A stretch of DNA of 63,437 bases, the filler included, from Octopus bimaculoides (lineage: Eukaryota): NCBI RefSeq assembly GCF_001194135.2. It is 4 parts of 4 records of this genome, joined end to end, with 100 filler letters (N's around TTAATTAATTAA, not from the genome) between each part and the next. Parts side by side here need not be neighbours in the genome. Positions count along the whole stretch, not along the records: positions 33,832 to 61,255 come from NC_068994.1; positions 61,356 to 63,437 come from NW_026416588.1; 2 more parts are not named here. One strand, 5' to 3'. Positions within the stretch are counted from its first letter, which is position 1, and each line of letters opens with the position of its first letter. The position numbers and the translations under genes are program-made. Below, in pieces: positions 52,330 to 63,437 of this stretch. The notes beneath the pieces are model-generated. The model was not told where the DNA came from. It did no database searches and saw only the letters and a program-made list of their open reading frames with translations.

Positions 52330-54286
52330 AGCTTCTTTCAGTTTCCGTCTACCAAGTCCACTCAAAAGGCTTTGGTTGGCCCGAGATTATAGTAGAAAAC
52401 ACTTATCCAAGGTAACATATGGTTGGGAAACAAGCTTTTTACCACACAGCCACGCCTGCACCTATGTATGTACTCTTTACTCTTTTACTTGTTTCAATCA
52501 GTTGACTGCGGCCATGCTAGAGCACTGCCTTTAGTCGAGAAAATCGAACCCAGGATTTATTCTTTGTAAGCCTAGTACTTATTCTATCGGTCTCTTTTTG
52601 CCGAACCGCTAAATTATGGGGATGTAAACACACCAGCATCGGTTGTCAAGCGATGGTGGGGGGACAGACACAGACACACAAACACACATACATATATATG
52701 ACGGGCTTCTTTCAGTTTCTGTCTACCAAATCCACTCACAAGACTTTGGTCGGCCCGAGGCTATAGTAGAAGACACTTGCCCAAGGTGCCACACAGTGGG
52801 ACTGAACCCGGAACCATGTGGTTGGTAAGCAAGCTACTTACCACAGCCACTCCTGCGCCTATATATATATATATATGTATTATTCNNNNNNNNNNNNNNN
52901 NNNNNNNNNNNNNNNNNNNNNNNNNNNNNNNNNNNNNNNNNNNNNNNNNNNNNNNNNNNNNNNNNNNNNNNNNNNNNNNNNNNNNNNNNNNNNNNNNNNN
53001 NNNNNNNNNNNNNNNNNNNNNNNNNNNNNNNNNNNNNNNNNNNNNNNNNNNNNNNNNNNNNNNNNNNNNNNNNNNNNNNNNNNNNNNNNNNNNNNNNNNN
53101 NNNNNNNNNNNNNNNNNNNNNNNNNNNNNNNNNNNNNNNNNNNNNNNNNNNNNNNNNNNNNNNNNNNNNNNNNNNNNNNNNNNNNNNNNNNNNNNNNNNN
53201 NNNNNNNNNNNNNNNNNNNNNNNNNNNNNNNNNNNNNNNNNNNNNNNNNNNNNNNNNNNNNNNNNNNNNNNNNNNNNNNNNNNNNNNNNNNNNNNNNNNN
53301 NNNNNNNNNNNNNNNNNNNNNNNNNNNNNNNNNNNNNNNNNNNNNNNNNNNNNNNNNNNNNNNNNNNNNNNNNNNNNNNNNNNNNNNNNNNNNNNNNNNN
53401 NNNNNNNNNNNNNNNNNNNNNNNNNNNNNNNNNNNNNNNNNNNNNNNNNNNNNNNNNNNNNNNNNNNNNNNNNNNNNNNNNNNNNNNNNNNNNNNNNNNN
53501 NNNNNNNNNNNNNNNNNNNNNNNNNNNNNNNNNNNNNNNNNNNNGGGGGGGGGGTTATATTTATCATATATTTTATTTCTCAATTGATGAACAATAGCAT
53601 TGATTAGTCATAGGTTCCTAATGAGCCAATCATTGATTCACAACATTTCAGAAGTAAAATGACAAAGTAATATAACTTGTTATAGGGACTTGATTTGTAA
53701 AATAACGTCTTCATTCTTAACATTAATGTATTCATTTTGCAAGATTCTTGATGTGAAAATGTGTGATGAAACATATATTGTTATATTTGGGGATGGTTCT
53801 GTTTTTTGGGGGGTTTTTTTGCCAATTAAACACATGCACTACTCATCTAGTCTTCCCAGTATTCTTTTTAGTGTATACATCTGTTTCAAAGTTCTTTTGT
53901 CATCTCTTGTCCTGCTTATTCCATTCTGTCCTTCTCAAGGACAAAGTGGAATAAGCAAAACAAGAGGAGACACATGGGACAGAGTCACTGATGAGGTCAC
54001 AGAATGTGTGACAAAAGAACTTGGACAGACATACAAATTAAAAATACTACAGATGGAAACTAAAGTGAAGATCAAATAAATAGTGTGTGTGTTTGACCAA
54101 AAAAAAAATGACCAGGCACAGTTGTGGGTGTATGGTAAGAAGCTTGCTTCCCAACACCATGGTTCCAGGTTCAGTCCCACTGTGTGGCACATTGGGCAAG
54201 TGTCTTCTACTATAGTCTCAGGCCAACCAAAGCTTTGTCAGTGGATTTGGTAAATGGAAACTGAAAGAAGCTTGTGTGTGTATATG

Positions 54287-54332
<46 letters not shown>

Positions 54333-54356
54333 TGTATGTATGTATGTATGTATGTA

Positions 54357-54389
<33 letters not shown>

Positions 54390-54652
54390 CTTTGTGTTTG
54401 TCACCCCATCACCACTTGACAACTGGTATTGGTGTGTTTACATCTTTATAACATAATGGTTTGGCAAAAGAGATTGATAAAATAAGTACTAGGCTTAAGA
54501 AATAAGTCTTGGGGTCAATTTGCTTGATTAAAACCCTTCAAAGCAGTGCTCCAGCATGGCCGTAGTCAAATGACTGAAACAAGTAAAAGAATAAAAGGAT
54601 CCCCAAGTACAACAACATTTTCATTCTTTTTCTATCAATACACATCAGAAAC

Positions 54653-54719
<67 letters not shown>

Positions 54720-57440
54720 GTACACATACACAATGTTCCTACTCCCACCCACCCATTCTTTCATCCCTGTCTCTTCTATTTACCTCCTCAGCCATTTACA
54801 ATAGCTCTGCATATATGAAGACTCTATAGAGCAGTGAGGACTCTTTAACCCTATATAGCAGAAGGTCAGAAAACTGTCCAAGTTCCAATTGTCTGTTTTA
54901 GTATGGTTTCTATGGTTAGATGCCATTCCTAATGCCAACCACTTTACAGTGTGCAGGGTACTTCTTAAGTGCTACTGGCATGGGTGCTTTTACATGGCAT
55001 TGGTGCAAGTGCTTATTACTTGGCACCAGCATGAATGCATATTATGTGACGATGTATATATGTGCTTGTGAGTGTATGTATGAAGCATTAGCACCATTTC
55101 CATCTACAAAATGTCATTTGGAAGGTATTGGCTCAACCTGTTGTTGTAGTAAAAGAAACTGTTCCAGAGTGCTATGTGATGGAACTGAACTCAGGACCAC
55201 TTGATTGCAAATTAAACTTCTTAACCCTGTGGCCATACATGTGCTTGTATAGCAATATTTGAGCAGAAGATGTCACAGAAGAGTCACTAATTGCATAGAT
55301 AAACAGGTAGCACAGGAAGGTGCTATACCCAATGACTGGCATAATAATATCTTCATTAACTGTTACAAAGAAGACACTTGAGAGAGAAACAAAATATATG
55401 GTCTAGATTATGAAAGCTATTGAAACAATTATCTGATTAGGAAGAATATTTACCACGACAAGGTCATTTTGAGATTTTGCAAGGGAAGAGAATCACCAAC
55501 GTCTTCTTAATGAGACAAATACAAATGTACTCAGTTAACCCTTTAGCATTCAAATAACTCTGTCAAATGTAATACTTCTTTAATTACATTGTTTTGAATT
55601 AACCATGCATCATCTTGCAGCTTAGAAATTTCAATGATGTGATTATTTTTAGATTGACATTGCAGGGTGGGTATGAAAAGCCAGATCTGGCTGGTAAAAA
55701 ATGATGGTAGAATATTTAGGTCAGATATGGCCAGTTTAAATGCTACAAAGTTAAAAGTTACTCTGTCTCACATTAGAGTAACTTTTAACTCTGTAGCATT
55801 TGTTAATTTGGAGAAGGTCTTTGATGAGCTATCATGCTCTATAGTCTGGTGAGTACCAAGAAAACAGGAAAAAGATGAATGGCTTATGAGTGCTGTGTAA
55901 GCTTGCTCTTTGTGGAACTTCCTAACTCTTACTACATAAATATACATCAGCACAAAATTCTCAAGTCCCTTCTGCTTATTATAATTCTACAGCCATAACA
56001 AGTGATTTTAAAACTGGTGGTTAATTACTCTTTACTCTTTTACTTGTTTCAGTCATTTGACTGTGGCCATGCTGGAGCACCGCCTTTAGTTGAGCAAATC
56101 GACCCCAGGACTTATTCTTTGTAAGCCTAGTACTTATTCTATCAGTCTCTTTTGCCGAACAGCTAAGTTACGGGGATGTAAACACACCAACATCGGTTGT
56201 CAAGCGATGTTGGGGGGACAAACACAGACACACAAACACACACATATATATACATATATATACGACGGGCTTCTTTCAGTTTTTGTCTACCAAATCCACT
56301 GACAAGGCTTTGGTCGGCCTGAGGCTATAGCAGAAGACACTTGCCCAAGGTGTCACACAGTGGGACTGAACCCAGAACCATGTGGTTGATAAGCAAGCTA
56401 CTTACCATACAGCCACTCCCGTGCCTTAATGGGAACTTCTGTGTAATAATGGTTTCAAATTTTGGCACAAGGCCAGCAATCTCAGGAGTGTGGGGTAAGT
56501 CGAAACTAGTTTTATAGATATTTCTTTGTTTTTCACGCATTAACTTGTGTAGGCTGAACTATCCAAAACATTTGAGAAAGAAACCTATCTGTTTCTTGCA
56601 ATAAATACATCTAAAGCAAAATTTTGCCATGGACCCTTAACCCTTTAGTATTCAAACAGGCTAGATCTAGCCTTTCATGCCTAACCTACAATGTCATTCT
56701 AAAAATATACAGTCACAACATCGAAATTTCAAAGCTAAGAGATAAGGAATGATTATCTGAAAACAATGTGAATGAATATATATTACATATGACAGAGTAA
56801 TCTGAATGCTAAAGGGTTAATATACTACTGTAGATCCCTAATTTACTATTTTGCTAGCATGAAACCCCAAAAATCTTATATGGATCCCTTGCAGTTGTAT
56901 GGATCCTGGTTGAGAACCACTGCTTTAAAGAAAAGCTATAACTTCAACTATGAAGTGACTGAAAGCATGATAACCCATGCCAGTAGTGAAGAATAGATAT
57001 AAAATTAAGATGAGATAGTGATGACAATGATAAAATTAGATACAAAATTCCTGATATTGTGATATGCAATTGAATGGATTAAAAAGGAAAACAACCAAGA
57101 AGACCATATGTACAATTTGAAAAAAAGGAAAAAAAAAAAAACAATTGAAAACCTAATTTTATTGCTAGCAATTTACTATTTTGTTAATGGATGCATTAGA
57201 TTGGACACTTTTATTGACATATATATGAAATTAAAGCTATGCCAGTTGTAATGTTAAAATATATAGATTCAGAAATCAAATCTAAATTCATTTGAAATCC
57301 AATGAAGACACACGTACAAATATTTTTGTGTCTGCAGGGAAAGCATGAAAGTATGCATACATCATGTGAGTATGTTGGTTTGTATCAGTACAACAATATA
57401 AAACTGTATTAATAGTGTATTAATGGCATATTACACACAC

Positions 57441-57490
<50 letters not shown>

Positions 57491-58169
57491 GCAGGCATGG
57501 CTGTTTGGTAAGATATTTGCATCTCAACCACATGGTTCTGGGTTCAGTCCCACTTCATAGCACCTTGGGCAAGTGTCTTCTACTATAGCATCAGACCAAC
57601 CATAGCCTTGTGAGTGGATTTGATAAATGGAAACTGAAAGAAGCCCATCATGTATGTGTGTATGTGTGTCTTCATGTCAGTGTTTGTTCCCCACCACCAC
57701 TTTATGACCAGTGTTTGTGTGTTTACATCTTCGTAACTTAGCATTTTGACAAAAAGAGACCAATAAAAATAAGTACTGGTTTTAAAAAGAAAAGATAAGT
57801 ATTGTGGTTGATTTTGTCGACTAAATCCTTCAAGGTGATGCACCAGTATGGCCACAGTCCAATGAGTAGAACAAGTAAGTAAAGATTAAAAAATCAAAAT
57901 ATATTACGTGACCAACAAGACTACCAGATGTTATACATCGCTGGTCACAATGTGCTTTGCATTGTTTTAGGCTAACATTCTCTTAACTGGAAGGCTGCTC
58001 TATGGTAGGGTTAACCATTTACAGCTGAGTGCACTGGAGCAATGTGAAATGAAGTATTTTGCTCAAGAACACAATGTGCTGCTTGGTCTGGGAATTGAAC
58101 TTGCAATCTAGCGATTGTGAATGCGGCACCCTAACCACTTGGTCATATTGCCTTCACATATACATTTAT

Positions 58170-58267
58170 GTACATACATACGTACACACACATACACGCA
58201 CAAATATATATAAACATGCATTACACATATATACATGCACATACATAGACATAAACATGCAAACATG

Positions 58268-58301
<34 letters not shown>

Positions 58302-58444
58302 TACATGCACATACATAAACATGCAAACATGTATATATATATACACATGCACATACATATACATAAATATACATGCACATACATAAACATGCAAACATGT
58401 ATATATATATACACATGCACATACATATACATAAACATGCAAAC

Positions 58445-58526
<82 letters not shown>

Positions 58527-58590
58527 GCACATACATAAACATGTAAACATGCACCTACATAAACATGTACATACATACACATATATGTAC
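58170..58590. repeat. Compound (TA)n/(CATA)/(ACATGC) microsatellite
   Basis: Directly visible. Confidence 0.9.
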
Positions 58591-59074
58591 ATATATAATG
58601 TCAACAAATTTGTGGTCATGTTATCAAACAATAGAATGCATATTTCCATTTCATCAATGTCTCCAGTTCTCTAATAGAATTTGCATTAAGCATTTCTTTT
58701 AAAAGTTTTTACTCCTTTATAGCGCTTAATGAACATCTATCATTTTTCTTTTCTTTTTTATTCCATTTTTTTCTTTTTATTTTTACATGACCCAGCCATT
58801 AAAAGCTCTTTTATTTAGTGATTTAGTAAAATATAATAAAAATACTTCAATATGTATATTTAATGTAATTTCAAAGTTATAACAAAGAGAATTTATTTTG
58901 CCCCATTACAATTGGCTGCATGAAGTATAAGACTAATTCCATCATATTTGTAAGCAATGCATTAATAAACTCCTTAACTTTAGCATTTAGTTATTTAGAA
59001 TCAGACACAAACACATACATAAACAATAACTTATACATGCACATACATATACATGAACATGCACATACATAAAC

Positions 59075-59112
<38 letters not shown>

Positions 59113-60242
59113 GCACAAACAATAACTTATATATATTCAAAAAGGCGCAGATATGGCTGTGTGGTAAGAAGCTTGCTTCCCACTGCATGAAACCTTGGGT
59201 AAGTGTCCTTTACTATAGCCTCAAGTCGACCAAAGCCTTGTGAATTAATTTGGTAGACAGAAAGAAGCCCTTCATGTGTATGTGCCTGTGTTCATATCTG
59301 GGTTTGTTCCCCACCACCCTGCTTGATAACTGATGTTCATATCCCCATAATTTAACAGTTCAGCAAAAGGGACCAACAGACTAAGGAGCAAGTTTAAAAA
59401 AGAAGTACTGGAATCAATCCATTTGACTAAAAATTCCTCAAGGCAGTGCTGCACAGTCGAAAGACTGAAACAAGCCTCTATGAGGCCCAATGTCAGAAAA
59501 TCCTTTCTCACCACTTCTGAATGCTAAAAAGGCTAACCAGCCTGCCTCTGAGTGTCACATCATATTCTTCTGACAGCATCTACTAACCACTGAGTGCCCA
59601 AGTGCTTTCATAGATCAAACCTGCATGCATGGAGTAAGTAATATTATGAGAAATAGAAAGCAGCTCTTTATATGATAATCTCTCATTCAATAGTCCTCAA
59701 AATGATAGAGCCACAAAAAAAAAAAAAAATAAAAAACCAAGTGTGCATACTAGTAGATCAGCTGTCCAACAAAAATATCTCAGGTAAACTAATGAGAAAT
59801 CAGAAAGTTCTACATCCAGGCTGCAACTTTAGATTTATACCAGTGACTATTGGGTCACTTAGCTATGTAACTAATTACTACCTCAGAATTAATCTTGTGA
59901 AGTTGGACATCTCAAAACTAGGAAAGAAATGGTTAATTAAACAAATTATAACCAAAGCCATTAACAAAACAGTGAAAACGTGTAAAACATTGAAGTTTAG
60001 CCAGTAGTAGCAACATTACATATATCTCACAAAATATAGAACCATATACAGAATAGCATGCACATACACACACGTGCACAAACACTATATATATATACAT
60101 ATACATATATATATATATACACATATATATATATANNNNNNNNNNNNNNNNNNNNNNNNNNNNNNNNNNNNNNNNNNNNNNNNNNNNNNNNNNNNNNNNN
60201 NNNNNNNNNNNNNNNNNNNNNNNNNNNNNNNNNNNGTGTATG

Positions 60243-60281
<39 letters not shown>

Positions 60282-60789
60282 GTGTCTAAGAGAGAGAGAG
60301 CACCAAACTACACACTTTAGAGACTTAGCTTTTTGATCAGTTACTTCCCACAGCTATTGCTTTCTAACTCATTCTCTCTGTGTCTCTCTTTCTTTCTCTC
60401 AAAGAATAAAAAAATAAATATTTCAACACACAATTTCATCATTATTTATAGCTCTGTCTTTTCATGCTCACTTAAAATTAGATGGGCAAGATCAATCACA
60501 TGATGCTGTATAATGTAGAAAAAATATCATGGAGCTGGTGGTGGGTGGTAGTGGTGGGAAGAGTGGGGCAGTGTAGTTAGAATTAAACATAGATTCATCA
60601 TCGTAAGATTAATTTTAACTCTAAATGGCCATCCAGGAGACAACTATATCATCATGGAGTTGGTCAAACCTTCGAGATCTCTATGGTCTTGTCTTCCATT
60701 AACCTTTCGGAGATGAAGACAACTACTGGGTCAATATTAAAGAATATAACAAAATACAAATGAATAACTATTACTGTATATACTAGCAG

Positions 60790-60886
60790 ATAGGTTGCAC
60801 CAGGGGATAGGTTGCACTAGGGGATAGGCTGCACCAGGGGTTAGGTTGCACCAGGGGTTAGGTTGCACCAGGGGATAGGTTGCACC
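60790..60886. repeat. 17-bp G-rich minisatellite, about 5.7 copies
   Basis: Unit (a/t)taggttgcaccagggg starts at 60790, 60807, 60824, 60841 and 60858, with a partial unit at 60875. Confidence 0.95.
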
Positions 60887-61355
60887 CTTGGTTTGGGGTT
60901 GTCAAAGTAGGTATTTGTGATTGACTTGCAGATAGGTTGCCCTATAATCTGGGGAATTATATGGCCCTTTTTAATGTAAATATAACTAATATTTGGTATA
61001 TAATATTGAATTCTTTTATTCTTTTACTACTTTGCTTGTTTCAGTCAGTTGACTGCAGCCATGCTGGAGCACTGCCTTAAAAGGTCTTTTAGTCAAGCAA
61101 ATCAACCCCAGGGCTTATTCTTTGTAAGCCTAGTACTTATTCTAACAGTCTCTTTTGCTGAACCGCTTATGTTACAGGGCCATAAACACACCAACGCCAG
61201 TCATCAAGCGATAATGGGGAGACAAACACAGACATAAAGACACACACACATACACNNNNNNNNNNNNNNNNNNNNNNNNNNNNNNNNNNNNNNNNNNNNT
61301 TAATTAATTAANNNNNNNNNNNNNNNNNNNNNNNNNNNNNNNNNNNNNNNNNNNN

Positions 61356-62745
61356 TTGCAATGTGGAAACTGAGAGGAGTATAATGGAGAGCATCCAGCA
61401 TGTAGCTAACTCCATCCACCAAAGTATGAAGGTAACTATACATTACCCCACTAGGGACCCTAACAATAGACTCCCTGTCCTTGATACTGAACTTTGTTTA
61501 GAGACTGTGAACAACAGAGTACAGCTCCTCCACTCCAATTACATGAAGCCTATAACTTCTAAATATGTTGTTCACAAGAACTCAACTTCATCACACAACA
61601 TGAAAATTAACATACTAATAGCAGACCTAGTTAGGATAATGAATGACGTGTCCCCACTGTGTGAACCCTATGAAACAAAGAAGCATGTAAAGAACTTCAT
61701 GCACCACATGCANNNNNNNNNNNNNNNNNNNNNNNNNNNNNNNNNNNNNNNNNNNNNNNNNNNNNNNNNNNNNNNNNNNNNNNNNNNNNNNNNNNNNNNN
61801 NNNNNNNNNNNNNNNNNNNNNNNNNNNNNNNNNNNNNNNNNNNNNNNNNNNNNNNNNNNNNNNNNNNNNNNAACCCTATGAAACAAAGAAGCATGTAAAG
61901 AACTTCATGCACCACATGCAGTTCTCTGGATATGATCAGGAAAATAGAGTTTGGGTATACAGGGGTGCTAGAAAAAAGTTAGATAGCATAATAAGTAATG
62001 AAACCCGTGGTACCTGCCCTAGATATAGAAGTAAAGACTGGAATAGGATACAAAGANNNNNNNNNNCTGCCCTAGATATAGAAGTAAAGACTGGAATAGG
62101 ATACAAAGAGTTTGTGGCAAAGCAAACAAGATGAACACGTAGTACAAGACCAACAAATATCAAAGAGTGATGTTTGTAGAGGCCACAGCCCATGGAGAAC
62201 TANNNNNNNNNNATATCAAAGAGTGATGTTTGTAGAGGCCACAGCCCATGGAGAACTAGCCTATAGATTTAGGAAAGCTCTGAAGGAGGCTAAACTCAAC
62301 ATTAAGATCATTGAGAATCCAGGGAGCTCCATCATGCACCAATGATAACTGAATTGTATGTAAGATTAACCCTGGCATTAACTGTAGAACTAGAAGTGTA
62401 GTCTANNNNNNNNNNNNNNNNNNNNNNNNNNNNNNNNNNNNNNNNNNNNNNNNNNNNNNNNNNNNNNNNNNNNNNNNNNNNNNNNNNNNNNNNNNNNNNN
62501 NNNNNNNNNNNNNNNNNNNNNNNNCTCCATACTCTACCAACATGCCAAAGACTAACATGGAGGCACACTGGGTCACTTGACACCTGCATTTTATCCAAGC
62601 ACCTGAAGAATCCAACACTCAGACAAGTACAAGTGTACGTCATCATTAATGAAATATCCCCAGTACTAAATAGGAAATATACATTGAAGGTGTCATACCC
62701 CAATACCCACAGTTTATATATCCGCAGACAGTGTTGTTAGTAGGC
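61356..62745 (+). mobile_element. Decayed Penelope-like element, RT thumb to GIY-YIG endonuclease (Naiad-like)
   Basis: IQHVANSIH..RLPVLD..YMKPITSKYVV..FSGYD..PRYRSKDW..VMFVEATAHGEL..IKIIENPG..IVCKINPGINCRTRSVV..HGG..RQVQ..LNRK. Stops and gaps are present. The clade assignment is from recalled motifs. Confidence 0.75.
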
Positions 62746-62754
62746 CATTATGTA

Positions 62755-63320
62755 GGCATGTGTGTGTGTGTGTATGTAAATATATATGTATGTATGTATA
62801 TGTATGTGTATATGTATATATGTGTGGGTAAATGGATACACGTATGGACAGATAGATATACAGATAGATAGGTACATAGGTAATATGGACAGATGGGCAC
62901 AAAAACACACATACACACATATATACAAATGAAGACTGAAACACATGACCGTATATACACACGCACATTTCACACAAACATAAACAAACACATGGATATG
63001 CAGAATACATACATACATACATACAAACGTGCACACATGCATATATATACACATATGCGTACACACATGCATACACAAACATGCAGAGTACATACATACA
63101 TACAAACGTGTACACATGCATACATGTGTATATGCACACACATACAGATGTACACACATACACACGCACNNNNNNNNNNTACATGTGTATATGCACACAC
63201 ATACAGATGTACACACATACACACGCACACACATACATACATACATACATACATATGTGTATGGGCATGCACACTGATGCACACGCACACTGATACATAT
63301 GCATGCATACAAAAAAAATG
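62755..63320. repeat. Compound (CA)/(TA)/(CATA) microsatellite
   Basis: Directly visible. Confidence 0.9.
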
Positions 63321-63437
63321 CAATTCTGATAACGGACAAAGTCAATGACTATTGAAAAGGTTGCAAGTCGCAACGAAAATTTTAATGAAAATAAATAAGT
63401 AAATGAGTGGAAATCGGTGAGTGTGTTAAATTAATAA

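Larger units (their letters stand above)
51770..61250. mobile_element. Dense array of CORE-type tRNA-derived SINEs in alternating orientation
   Basis: Copies at about 51770-52090(+), 52118-52470(-), 52480-52860(-), 54112-54600(+), 55085-55250(-), 56025-56425(-), 57490-57880(+), 59140-59480(+) and 61020-61250(-). Head tggctgtgtgg...ggttcagtccc and core accttgggcaagtgtctt. Confidence 0.85.

Noticed and set aside
53940-54079. Strong acceptor followed by GQSGISKTRGDTWDRVTDEVTECVTKELG
   Set aside because: It resembles decayed LINE ORF1 sequence and could not be linked to other exons.
58059-58649. Cys/Tyr/His/Ile-rich ORFs (also 62714-63373, 54210-54456) and Ser/Leu/Phe-rich ORFs (22715-23504)
   Set aside because: They are translations of microsatellites and low-complexity tracts.
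60790-60886. Regular short repeats as a possible CRISPR-like array
   Set aside because: The units are directly adjacent with no unique spacers, there are no cas genes and the context is eukaryotic.
61668-62240. Short direct duplications on either side of N-runs in the Penelope-like element
   Set aside because: This pattern is typical of unmerged contig overlaps, so it is treated as an assembly artefact.

Overview
AT-rich, gapped eukaryotic genomic DNA, most likely octopus. This is an inference from the tRNA-derived SINE families with CORE-like and Meta-like domains, abundant RTE LINEs with (GAT)n tails and the microsatellite load. No intact protein-coding gene, rRNA, genuine tRNA or CRISPR array can be recognised, and almost every ORF in the supplied track comes from microsatellites, N-gaps or decayed transposons. 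The first ~7.7 kb is largely unique, CpG-retaining and promoter-like. The rest is CpG-poor and built from nested mobile elements: RTE, L2/CR1-group and CR1/Jockey-type LINEs, HERO-like and R4/Dong-like RLE retrotransposons, two Penelope-like elements, Tc1, mariner and pogo remnants, hAT, piggyBac-like and Mutator-like MITEs, a solo LTR and a non-coding two-LTR element. The best leads are (i) a cluster of 8-32 nt splice-site-bounded mini-exons at 42.8-49.6 kb (+) that join into one open frame, with a competing antisense exon chain, (ii) a TGA at an expected zinc-finger cysteine of a Naiad-like Penelope element (selenocysteine or decay), (iii) a non-coding LTR element with a tRNA-Trp primer site, and (iv) two pre-miRNA-sized hairpins and hammerhead-ribozyme remnants. 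All remain hypotheses that need RNA-seq or family-consensus checks.
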